DNA of 64,000 bases, from positions 6,284,266 to 6,348,265 of the forward strand of contig CM082591.2 of the NCBI GenBank assembly GCA_040954595.2. The letters are read 5' to 3'. This DNA comes from Balanoglossus misakiensis (taxonomy: Eukaryota > Animalia > Hemichordata). The notes beneath the pieces are model-generated. The model was not told where the DNA came from. It saw only the letters and a program-made list of their open reading frames with translations, and did no database searches. Shown here in pieces: positions 11,121 through 23,500 of this stretch. Position numbers and translations under genes: made by a program. Positions within the stretch are counted from its first letter, which is position 1. Each line of letters opens with the position of its first letter.

Positions 11121-11354
11121 AGCTATCAAAACTATTATGGCAATGACGAAATCAAGTTAGAACGAATTACTGTATGTGGCCTTGGCGGTCCCGTAGCGAA
11201 GGATATTAATGTGAGTATTCGCGCAAACGAACAACAAACGCTTCTACTGGAAACTAAGAAAATAGAAACGGAAATGTTTCCACAAGATGTTTGGAATGCA
11301 ATGGAGACTAACTTACCGGAGCTGTGTGCCCGTCTGCAGTTACCAGAAAAGTGA
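11121..11354 (+). pseudogene. Relic terminal coding exon, present in three diverged copies
   Basis: Reads ...GNDEIKLERITVCGLGGPVAK...ETEMFPQDVWNAMETNLPELCARLQLPEK*. Homologous decayed copies lie at ~12950-13587 (split by a MITE, internal stop) and ~8220-8263. Confidence 0.45.
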
Positions 11355-11787
11355 AAATTCCCTTCTCCACATTCACATTATTCTATTCGGTGAAATGAGT
11401 GACAAAAATAGGAGCGAATGTAGATTCCGTTTATAAGCTTCGTTTTAAAAGTAGGACATTATGCACTAAAATACATTTTATGAAAGGTTCTGTAGGAATA
11501 CCCTGTTTACAAATCGATCGACGACCAAAGGGTTAAATACGGCCATCTTTGAATAAAATTAAGTCTTGCAACTTTATGGCGTATCACGCTACCTTTTGAA
11601 GTAGCGGCTTAAATGTATAACTTACATTTGGAGTAGACACTAATATACTGCAACCAACCACCAAAGTATATTCGGTCTAACCATTATTTTATTATTTATA
11701 CCGTTTTATTGTCATCCTTTGCCATACAACGTGACAGTTTAACCCAATAACCCAACCTGAATTGCAAATGTTTCAATCCATTCTTTT

Positions 11788-12821
11788 TTAGACAATATCT
11801 TCGAAATCGGGCTCAGGGAAAAACTTGCAATAGTAAATCTGGGTATCTCCGTGCTGTGCATAGGCACAATATTCAATTTTAACTGACAAAGTAATCTCCC
11901 CTGGTGGGTTCCAGTAAAGTTCTCCGGAAAGTCTCTCTGGACAAGTCTACATAAAGAAAAAATATCATTCCAAGTACTTCAATATCAATAAATTATCTGG
12001 TAAACTTACATCAATGTCAGGCAAGTACAAAATTAAGGAAACAAAACATACAATTTAACAAAAGAGATAAATTATACAGTAAATATGTCCATAGTGAACT
12101 TACTTCCATGGGATCGCACATCCCTCTGCTTATGTTGCCTGGATAGAATTCAGATGTACAATTTAAGCATTCGTTAACCATTTCACCCGGAAGCCTAGTC
12201 CCCTGTAAAATGTACACGTGGAATAATCATGGTGTAATTTTCAGTTTCTTTCGAATGAGTACAATATGTGATAATACATGTCCACTCCCGTCTTTATGAT
12301 TATTTAAGGATAATTTGTGCTATGTTTGCCACGTATATTTCCCTTGATACACAACTACAGTGAGTTGTCGACTTTTTACCCAGAATGCCATTATTATAAT
12401 GTGATTTGACCCCCTAGCACAAAGCGAAAACCTATTTAAGGCTGCCAGAATATAAATCGAAGTGAAAACAACTAGCACACAAGCATACGCCCTGGAGTCC
12501 AATTGAACTTACAAGATCTGCGGTGTCCACTTCGTCAGTGCGAACGGCCATGGCTCTGAATGATTTCGTTGGGCCAATGTATGAGCCAGCAGCCGCATAC
12601 AGCTGAAAGGTTTTGACTGGGCTTTTATTTTTTATCACGTCAGACACAGCCTTTAATCCCTCGAAACACTCAACGTTCTGCTCGGCAACTGAGTTCCATA
12701 TGGCGTCATCGTATATATCGAATGACGCAGACGTGCACACCCAAGGTTTTGAGTGGAATGGGTGTTCTTCGTTACATCTGACCAGTCCAAAAATAGCAAG
12801 CAGTACCACAATCAGTTTCAT
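11788..12821 (-). CDS. Orphan secreted Cys-rich protein, copy 2 (3 exons, 188 aa)
   Basis: Exons 12821-12513, 12202-12104 and 11946-11788 show the same structure and phases as copy 1. C-terminus TCPERLSGELYWNPPGEITLSVKIEYCAYAQHGDTQIYYCKFFPEPDFEDIV*. Confidence 0.85.
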
Positions 12822-13076
12822 TGTCACGCGTTATCTGCAAAAAATAAACCATTTTCTATTCTTAGTCAAACGTTCTATAATGTCTCTCTGATCTTGATGA
12901 GCGTCTTCTCAAACCATAACTCCCATGAACCATCTGCAAACTGTTTCTTAGCTGAAAACCACAGTGGCAATAATGAAATCAAGATACAGCAAATATCATT
13001 ATTTGGCTTGGATGGTCCTCTAGCAAAGGAGTACAAAGAAAGGTGTGTACACGCTTCAAATGAACTGGCGAATTAA

Positions 13077-13421
13077 AGGGACAAAGTCTCTCTCGCTGCC
13101 CTTTTTTCCATTAATTATATTTGATACAAGACACCGTTTGTTATTCTACATGTAGATATATAGTGAATGAACGTTCAGCCACACACAACTTCCGTCCCAC
13201 TTGTAGACACGAGAGTAAAAATACTCGCCAAAATGAATAATCGTTCTTTACCATTTATTCATTTTGGGCGAGTTTTTACTCTCATATCATACAAGCGGGA
13301 TGGAAGTTTTGTGTGGTTGATCATTGATTCACTATATATCCAAATGTACATTAACATAAACAGTGTCGTGTATCAAACATAATTAATGGAAAAAGGACAG
13401 CGAGAGAGAGACTTTGTCCCT
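13077..13421. mobile_element. TTAA-flanked MITE, Kolobok-like (family K2)
   Basis: TTAA|AGGGACAAAGTCTCTCTCGCTG...CAGCGAGAGAGAGACTTTGTCCCT|TTAA with long TIRs. A truncated copy lies at 50932-~51200. Confidence 0.85.
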
Positions 13422-13778
13422 TTAACAAACAGACCGCATACGAATAGACTGGAAACACAAAACTACTTTTAAATGAAATGTTCAAAACTTAAAAAAAAAA
13501 ACGGAAACGTTTCCACGAGATGTCTGTGATGCAATAGAAACAATCTTACCAGAGGTGTGTGCCTGTCTGTAATTAACAGAAAAGTGAATTTTTCCCTTCT
13601 CCGCATTCACATGTATTCAATAAATGATAATAATAGAAGGCGAATGTACATTCTTTTTTTTACATAAAAGCTTATTTAAAAACGTATCGACATACAATAA
13701 ACTTAAAATACATTTAATTACACCGAACACTGCGCTGTTGTGAGTGAAAAAATAGGGGAGAATGTAGATTCTGTTTAA

Positions 13779-14180
13779 GGATGTACGCGCAGAACAAAAA
13801 CCGGAAACAGTGCGCGCCCGGTCTTTTTCCCATAGGATTACATTGAAAATTGCTAGAAAACAAACATCTACTATTGTCATTTTCACGAAATTTTACACAT
13901 AGCTCAGTCCAGCAAATATACATTCATTGGTCAAATAAAATATAGGGGTCACCGCGCTCTATTTTGAGATAAATTGCGTCAAAAATTTTGCCCATAGACA
14001 AACAAACTGAGTCAGCAGTTTTCTTCTATTATCGACTAAATTCATGGCTCTGTATTTCAAAAACAAGCGCGGTGACCCCTATATTTTATTACGGATTTTC
14101 ATTATACATACAAAGGAGAATCCAAAAATCCACAATTAAAAAAAAATGACAATACTTTCAATTTTACTGAACGTACATCC
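13779..14180. mobile_element. TTAA-flanked MITE, Kolobok-like (family K3)
   Basis: TTAA|GGATGTACG...CGTACATCC|TTAA, with an internal inverted repeat ATAGGGGTCACCGCGC/GCGCGGTGACCCCTAT. Confidence 0.75.
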
Positions 14181-15619
14181 TTAAGCGCTAAGGGGTCGAT
14201 ATTACATTACTTAATACATTTTCTTAAAGTTTGTGTTTAATGTATTGGAAAACTGTGAAGTCATGGTACAAATATGAGATTCTTTACAAAGAGTAAAACA
14301 CGTGCTAATATATGTTCGCTATATTCCAATGATACAGATGCAAAGGGTTGGGAATTCTGCAACAATTTATCATCGAATATAGCCTATACGTGCATAGTGC
14401 TATTGCGGATGTATTGAGAGTTTGAAAAAAAGGGGCCCGCCACTAATCAACAGACCAACCTCCAGCCCCCACGCCAGAAAAAGTGGCCAGTCCCTAAAAT
14501 GCTCGCGACCCAATTTGACCTGACTTGCCCAGACTGGCCGGAAGCCCGATCTCGGTCAAACTATTATTCTACCGGTACTTTGCATATGTATGTCGCGTGT
14601 TGCACGTTTACACAGCCAGGACGGGGTGACTGTGGGGAATCGTGTACGTTGTCCAAGATTCGTTTCGCCTTGAACGGGTGATTCATCGTGACTCAGAAGC
14701 GAAGGTGAGGGATTTCCCTAGTGAAATATGTACCCGTCCGCCCGGAAGGACAGAACGCGAAACACGGTCTGCATTCGTTGGGTTGCTCTTACTACAAGTC
14801 TCATACGTGGTTGAGATACAATCCACATGCTATAATACAGAACAATACAATCTGATTATCTCACGTTAATCATTATTCAAATGCCTGATACTGATAATCG
14901 TAGCATATTGTGATTCGTCTCAACATAGGCCTATATAATATGGATGCATACTCATAGGCCTACGTACGTCATTCTCGCAAGCCAGAGCCGACCGTGTTTC
15001 CGCTCCGCGGAGCTACGCAAAAAACGGGCTCTGGCAGATTACAGTAGGGAACCCCGGAATTTAGGACGTAGACTAATGAATTATTCATGAGAAACGACAT
15101 TGGAATTAGCCAATCAGTAGTCTGGATATCGCGAGCTCTTCGGCTGCTGTCAGCTTTAAATCCGCCATTTTGCACTGTCATTTAAATAAGTTATGCAGTT
15201 TTATGAGACGGGCTCTCTGATTGGTTCCTTTGTCTGGCTGCTGGAACTGACGCTGGGATCCGCGAAAACCTTCCAAATCCACCACGGCCTGTTGGCGGTA
15301 GCGCGTAGCAGTTGCCGTAAACAGGTCGTGGTTTTACGACGATGACGTACGTGGGTCGTAACGGTAAAGCCTTCAGGCTTGTCGGCGTGGCACTGACCAT
15401 AAACGCGCTGGTGATTGATGGACTTATGCTTATGTTTACGTTACTCATAGAAGCTCGGGGAATCCGAACCCGAGTGTTTCACGAATAATATTCAAATCAG
15501 CGTCCAAGTTACTGGAACAATAAAATGCATACTATAGTGAACATTCCTTGCGTTATGTAATTGTTGATCACAATCGTGGTCAATCAAATTTGATGTTCCA
15601 TTCTTTTCTGTTCTTTCAG

Positions 15620-16333
15620 ATGCTGGGTGCAGCAGTGACCTTATACATGTTCTTCTTCTCGAGCAGTATGTACTTCATCAAATTTCACACCGAGCCGTCA
15701 CTGGAAGCCATCTTTGTCAAGTTATTGCCAATTGTGTCGCTGATGGCGTTTGTGGTCTTCCACTCTCTCAACAAGGGCAAGATGACGCGGTATGCAACGG
15801 GCCTCCTGATTGGTCTGCTGTTCTCGTGCGTGGGTGACTACTTCCTGATTTACAGAGACACGCACTTCGTCCACGCCATCGCGGCGTTTTCTGTCACGCA
15901 GTTCGTCTACGCGTTCACGTTCGGGCTGCGGCCGTTCAGGTTCGACGTTCTCCGCGTGTGCATACTGACTGGTTCGGCCATGTACTCTTATCTGTACCCC
16001 GGAATCCGGGGCGCCTTCGTACCCATCGTCGCCAGCTACGTCATCCTGATCAAATTCATGCTATGGAGAGCTTTGGCACGCGTTGACTTCACCCGCCAAT
16101 GGACCCTCGGCCAGCTTTCCTGTGCAATAGGCGCGTTAGTCTTCATCATTTCGGACTTCATCATCGGGGTTGACAAGTTTCGCTTCCCTATCGCTGACCG
16201 ACAATTCTACGCTGTCCTCACCTATTTCATTGCACAATTTGGCATCACAATGTCGGTGACAGACTACCCAAATAGTGATGACGTGACAAACTACCCAAAA
16301 AGTGATGACGTGATCACGAAGAAAACCCGATGA
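15620..16333 (+). CDS. TMEM86: Lysoplasmalogenase, TMEM86/YhhN family (copy 2), ~237 aa
   Basis: Starts at TTCTTTCAG|ATG. Motifs VKLLP, GLLFSCVGDYFL, YAFTFGLRP, GALVFIISD and LTYFIAQ. A 27-bp C-terminal duplication is present and the protein ends KKTR. The true N-terminus may lie in an upstream exon. Confidence 0.92.
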   Translation: MLGAAVTLYMFFFSSSMYFIKFHTEPSLEAIFVKLLPIVSLMAFVVFHSLNKGKMTRYATGLLIGLLFSCVGDYFLIYRDTHFVHAIAAFSVTQFVYAFTFGLRPFRFDVLRVCILTGSAMYSYLYPGIRGAFVPIVASYVILIKFMLWRALARVDFTRQWTLGQLSCAIGALVFIISDFIIGVDKFRFPIADRQFYAVLTYFIAQFGITMSVTDYPNSDDVTNYPKSDDVITKKTR

Positions 16334-17417
16334 TGATTTTTTTTTCTTTAGTGGCGTTTTAGCATGGATTACTCGGCAAAATAAATGAGTGGGTCTTGTA
16401 ATATATTTTTGTGCACGTGGACTTCATGAACATTATTTTTATTCACGGCGAGCGAATCACCTGGCCCAAGAAATAAGTAGAAAAATGACAATTACAATAG
16501 AGTAATCTTGGCCCACTGTTAAGTGGTGAGAAAATGTGCACGTGTCTGGAACGTGTTAATATGTTTGTGTTTACCCATCAGCCATAAAATAATGCAAATA
16601 ACGCAAACAAATGTCGATTTTTCTCAGTGCCTAGTACGCACTCCGGCTATATTTCTCCAGTGTAAGATAGATTAAGGGGGTATTAGAAAATGTATTAACA
16701 ATTTCAATAGCCAACTTTGAGATAATGCGGCTCGCTTATATAAGAACATTGGGGGTTACTGAAGCGCCGAACAACTTGAGTAGGCAGAACTGCGGCAAAT
16801 TTATAACACTATTTTAAACCTCATTGTACCATGAAAGCAAGCCTTATTGCGTGGCTTACTATATAACAAAGTAGAAAGTGGAAAAGAATGAACAGGTAAA
16901 CCTCCAATCCTCTTATTTGTCGGAGTGGATTATTTTTATACTATTCAATTACCCAAGGAATGGCTGTATTATGTATTACGAGGCATTCTACGCAATACAC
17001 GGTAGTCTTGATTGAAACATGATACGCTGGGATATGTTCATTTTTAAAATACTGAATAGTATTCCATCAGTTCCTACTAAGATACTTTTATGAACAAATG
17101 TATGTTTTATACCATTCTTAACTAAATTTGTGCTGCTTGGCTACGTTTTTCTGCCCAAAGTTATTTTTCCTGTGTTCAAAGTGTTATGACCGTCGGTGAT
17201 AGACAGACAAAAGATAATAACCCTCATAACCTTTCAATAAGTCTTTGATATATTCAAAATGTGTTGCGTGTCACTTTGAAAACAGAGAACAAAACTAGAT
17301 GCACTTGTTTGATATCGCCAGACTTGCCGACGTCGACCCAAGTCAGAGACGCTCCTCGAAAGTAAAGCACTGTGATAGAAAGGAAGGGGACGAAACTGAA
17401 GTTATTTCACCTCCGAG

Positions 17418-17498
17418 ATGAAAAACAGTAAGGTGGCACCATTTAGGGATAAGGTAAGTGAAACGCGCGATTAAACCAAGTGTTTCCGAGCGACACAC

Positions 17499-17529
<31 letters not shown>

Positions 17530-20500
17530 ATTTCTTTCCCCCTCTCTCTCACACCATCCATCATCCCCTCTCTCTCCCTCTCTTTCTCTCCCTCCCCCTC
17601 TCTCTTTCTCCCTTGTTTGTTCGATGTGACCATATTTGGTCTACATATGATAAAGTATTTCTCCCATAAGCACAAATTGCATTTTTGCTGATGTTAGAAT
17701 ATGGTTTTGCGTGTTTTATTTTTCGCCATTTTATACCATACTCCTTTTTTCTTATCGCTTATAGTCCACACGTGTTTGTTTAATTCTGTTGCGCGTCGGG
17801 ATTGTTCGGTCTTAAATGAACATACGTGGTTCCTATATCTTAATATATATATATTGGGTTTGCTCCACAGACAGGTGTCAAGGCGGGCCTTAAACGGCGG
17901 CGGAAGGTTATCATCGGGGTCTTACTAACCACGGGGCTGATACTCGCTGGTGGTGGTGCTGCGGTTGGACTATTTACTGGTATGTATTTTTTTTGTCCAT
18001 CTCAATCACGGTTAGAGGACAACCATTTAATTTCTGGAGGTGGGGTGGGTGGTGGATTTTGGAAAACAATGTTGGCAGAGGGTGCCGAGGAAAACAATAC
18101 CTGCTGCAACGCCCTCAAGAAAAAGGTTGATCCATTTGCTGTGATCAAATAGTTCTCCCTTAGATCAAACCGACGTTATGTGATCGCCATTCAAAATCTG
18201 ATGGCTTAGCTTAAAGTGAGGGGGTCGTCGGAGTCTTAATCACCACGGGGCTGATACTCGCTGGTGGTGGTGCTGTGGGTGGGGATTTTACTGGTATGTA
18301 TTATTTTTTTTCTATCTCAATCACGGTTAGAGAGCAGCCATTTAATTTCTTCCCTTTATCAAGTTTTCTTGCAGGCGGGTAAAAATTCGAAATCCCCAAA
18401 CATCTTTAATGACACGTTAACTTCCAGATATTCGTATATATTCATATTAACCTAGTTGGGCAATTTCAGTATGTTGATTCTTTGTAAAGGTGAATTGTTC
18501 GGCTTAGCGTTTCGAAGTCTCGGTCAACAACACAACGCGACAGTGTTGGTTCGGAGTTGTTAACTTGGCCGTGACGGCTGGCTGTATTGCCGTCCTGATG
18601 ACGGTCTGTACTGTGAATTCTGCCAGAAATGCAATAAACAAAAAAAAATGACCGCGATAAATAGTTTCGACAATCGTCTACTAAAGATATTTCGTATAAT
18701 TTCTCCAACAATGCTAACAGAGGACGCCTTTTGCCTTTCGCATCAACCAACAAGTACCGGTCTCTTGATATGAAGATACGACAAATAATCACACATTGTC
18801 GAGAGTCAGTGACCTGGGTCATACTGACAGCTCTGCCAATCAGGCGATGATCAAAATCCTGACATCGGCCATTTTGTTTTACAAAGCTTTCAATAGTATT
18901 TCCCCAGACCCTTTTCTGGAGAGCATCGGAAGAAGCAAAGGCGTCTGGGTAACCGAGACTACTGCATCCTGAATAAAAAAGCCTGGAACAGTTCTCCGCT
19001 ACAAATTGAATGCTCTTTGAAATCTCCCAACATCTTGAATCAAACGATAACTTGTAAATATTCGTACTAAATTATACAAACCTAGCCAGGCAATCGTTAT
19101 GCATTGATTCCTTCTTAAGGTGAATTGTTCGGCCTTGGTGAAAAGGGACTGTCCGTTGGAAATCCTGAGACAACGCTCATGCCATTACATACAACACAAC
19201 CATCGGATCCAGGTAATTGATAACATAATCTCCTTTTCTAATTTAACATACCAAAAGTATTACCATGGTCAAGATGACCAAAGTGTTTCAATAAATGTGC
19301 AGTACAAAATTTTACAATATTCTGTTGGATTTTCAATTATTTGCGAGTTATAATATATATTTAAAAACGTTAACACTGTGTGCGAATATGTGTATAAACG
19401 GTATACATGTAGTTGCTGTTAGTTGGCATCGATGGCAGATACGTGTGCGTATATAAATGGATTGGCTTCCATCTGCCCTTGGTCTTTTTGCTTCTTCTTA
19501 GTAGGCCAGTTTTAGCCACTGTTCCTTATCACACGATACTTGACATGTTAGTAACACCAATGGCTGCAATTTTGTAACAACAGCTATATAAACTACCCAT
19601 CTCACGTTGCCTTTGCTAACATTAATTATTAACCCTAAAATAGACACTAGCACAAAATGACGTGGTCAAATCTCTTTCTCTTTGAAGCATTGATCAGTGC
19701 GACTCCAACCCTCCGCGTCCACCCTGATTATATCCCGGATGTTGTGCAAGGTCGGCAGATTGACTTCCATTTGAACGTTGAACTGCCGATTGTTTACGCC
19801 AGCCGAACAGTAGAGGGCACTGCAGCGGATTTGTTTTCAATCAACGCTTTCCTGGCTGTGTCTGACGTCAGCGGGGCTGGGGGTGACTTGGTTTCGTCGA
19901 CAGCTTCCCAAGAGACTGCTCCCACGAATAGCTCTCTGGGTAATACAACGATGGCAACTGGGACTTCCAGTGGTGCAGACCAAACAACCGGCGTGCGTGT
20001 CAATACAACAGAAACGTCAGCGCTCGTAACACTAGGAGATGAGGGGGCAACGCAGACCCACAGGACAACAACTATTGTACCCGGACATGACGTCACACTT
20101 TCTAATCATATGGCTGTACTGTCTGATGTTCAGGCCAACTTCGATCCTATACCATGCGACCGTTACAACTTCGTTTGTGTTGAGATTTATCCAGTTGACG
20201 CAGAAGTTTGGCAGTGGACAGACGACGTGAAGAGAACTGCCTGTGTGGAGATAGCAGATTGTCTCTGTGAGTATATAAATGTTCAATAATGATGATTAGA
20301 TTATGGTTACCACGTGTGTACATTTGTGATGTTTTGGACCATATCAACACTTGTGTGACTCTATTTTACAGGTTAAGAAACACATAACCCTTACTTTATG
20401 CTATCAGTCATTACATGCAATGTACCATAGGCACGTGGCCCGATGGCTTCGCGATCGGTAGAAATAACTACTACCGATCACGAAGTGATGGGGTCGCGTG

Positions 20501-23500
20501 CCTATGCAATGTACCACCTTCAAACATCATGGATAACCCATTTCCAGGAAGTTTTCAATGCACAATGCCGTGTTCATATATAATGGTTATTCATCTTTTC
20601 TTCGCAGACCCCATTGATCCAATTGATATGCAAGTGTTTGCGGACATGAACGTAACCATGGGAACATCACAGTTGTTATGTATTGGCGTTGAATTGTACC
20701 TCGGAAATGATACGGGAAACTACACAAGTATGGAGGATATCTTATTCGACGTTCAGCTCTACTTCTCCGCCAATACAACAGGGCATCCACACTCGAAGAA
20801 AGTTTTAGCCGATCATATCTCGCCAACAATGGCCGTCATTCTTCCAAATTCCAACGCGAACATGGAAAACCTGATGGCAACCTACGACCTCCGTGATATG
20901 GGCTGTGCAACGTACCCGTATGTATGCGCCGACATTTCTCCTATGACAGACGCCCCCCTTTTGTGGCTTTACGAAGACTGGTTTATCACAAACTGTGTTG
21001 AGGTGACGACGTGTACACGTGAGTTAGAATTAAAATCATGGTTTCTATCCGTAATCTGAGCTTCAGAGATGTAACTATTTGTGGGTAATTTTTCTCGTGT
21101 GTTTCCTTGTAGATACACAATTCCACACATGTAGCATTCTGCTGTGCATTTGTATCAGATGCACATGTTTAAATTGATTGTCGATGGAACATGAAGCTGG
21201 CAGATATACGTTTACTGGATCATCAAATATACGTTTAGCTTTCTTATTCCCTTCAGATCAAATCGACGGACTATCTCTCGATGTGAGTGTTAGTTCCAAC
21301 AGCAATGTTGACCTTGTCATGGGTTCATCGAAACGCTTTTCCCTCGACGTTAGCATAGCGATTGGACCAGACACAGCACAGTTCTCCAGTGAAATTAGCC
21401 ATGTATTCGGCATGAATTTGAACCTGAAAACTACCGAGGGAGACCCAGCTCTTGTGACTTCTCCACCAACCAACGTCACTTCCGGCACCTTGTCTATCTC
21501 ACCGAACATATCTATATCCATGTATAATGTGACTTTCATGGAAACAGACTTGGTTGATATCGGTTGTGACGACGTCAAGTTTATCTGCATTGGTGTATTC
21601 CCTGGTGGTAACTCCGTGTTTCCATGGAAATGGTCTGGAGGCGACGTTCTTTCCGGTTGTCTGGCTGTGAATGGAACCTGTATCGGTAGGCTTAAAGAAA
21701 TTGTTGCATTTTTGTTCTTTGTTTGGTGGAAATTTTGAAATATGGAAGCTTAGAGTGATCGCAGTTGTTCTCCTGGTGGAATTTCTCTGTGTTAACTCGT
21801 ATATTCCTTTCCTCTAGTTCAAGTGGCCCCGGCAACTCAGAGCCCATTGCAAGTTAGCGGAACAGTTGATGTTGTTATGGGAGTACCGAATGATTTCTAT
21901 CTGTCAGTTACAATCACCACAGCATCTGATGGTACAGGATTGCTGTCTGGTCAACTGGTGGATCTGCTGAAAGTTGACGCGTTCTTGACCGGCTCGACCA
22001 ACGGTGATAGAGTTGAAGCAAACTTACCAGCGGATCCTATAACCTTTCGAACAAATGCGCTTATCAACTTCGCGATCACGCTAAGTTTTGATGTGTCTAA
22101 AGTAAATTGCGAGATTTTCTCTCATATCTGCGTCGAAGTGTCACCGACAGCCCACTCTAACTGGTATTGGCACACTCCAAACAACCACGTTGGCCCTGTC
22201 TGTGTACAGTTTGATTCCTGCCGGGGTAAGTAGAGAAGGGATTTCAATGATCTGACACATGCATAAACACATATCAGCCATACCACAATGTTGCGTAAAC
22301 ACGATTGGAAATATTTTGAGATAATATGGTCTCTGGCCCCTTTGCACATGACCGTCTATATTTGAAGGCCTCTTTGGACATGACCATCTATTTATGTAGA
22401 AACTCGCGGAACAAAATTTTCCGAAAGAAATTTAATCAGCCCATAGACTTGGACCAAATCCAATGTATCGCTGGAAATACTTGGTGTTTCCATTTTGACT
22501 GATTAGATTTGGAGAGAGCTTAGTTCAATATTTAGGTTTAACAATGCGATGGACATTTTATCCAACTCCAGTCACGTATTCTTGATATCACAGGCGCAGG
22601 CTGTAACATGGAAGACGGTATCGCCACACCTACCAATGACGTCAATGACGGAAACCATAACATCAAGAGCAGTGCAGCGGAATGTTGTGAAGATTGCAAG
22701 AGCAACAGTCTGTGTCTCGGATTTTCTTTCAGAAAAGATACTGGTGCATGCTGGTTGAAGAACCCAATTCCTGCGAAAATAACAGATGCGGGCGCTGTAT
22801 CGGGAGTTGTTGATAGATCAGGTAAAGTCAAAGGTCAACTGTCTACAGCTTTCGACACATTTCTTTCATTATTTTTTAGGGGACCAAGCGCCCTCAGGCG
22901 CTTGGTCCCCTTCTGTTATTGCTGGAGTTTTTCTTCTTTCTTCTTGAGTCGTTTTTTTGCTCCCGTTTTTCTCAAAATCGACGTGGCCTAGGACCTTGAA
23001 ATTTGGCACGGTGATTGGGGCCTATGAGTACTGGTGCACCTGCCCTTTGAATTTGTAATTAGTCACGTGACTTGGTGGCTATAATCGAGCGTAATTTTCA
23101 AATTGACCTAATTTGCACGTTAATAGGGGCATATACATTCTTTTCGCGATTTTTGTAGACCATGTGGCCAAAATGCCCTGTGCCAAATTTCAGGGTCCTA
23201 GGCCACGTTGATTTTGAGAAGAAGATTTTTGTAATATTTTTCGCATTTTTTGGTGGGCTGAGGACGAACACTGGGGCATCGGACTTTGAACGTCATTACT
23301 TAATGTTGTGGAGCTCTCATTAGCAGGCGGGTTGCAGTAGTCCTTGGAAAATCGGCTGAAATACGTAAACAGACCAGTGATTATTTTCCACGTAATGAAT
23401 TTTGGGACAACACATTATCGGAGTTCAGGCTGTGTTAGGGCGTTTTATTGAATTACGCTGAGTTTGTTAGCTGTTGCCGTTCAAATGTGTCTACGCAGAC

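Noticed and set aside
13167-13382. Similar ORFs at 13167..13382 and 50996..51376 (KM.NRSLPFIHFG)
   Set aside because: Both lie inside copies of the same TTAA MITE, with no transposase motifs.
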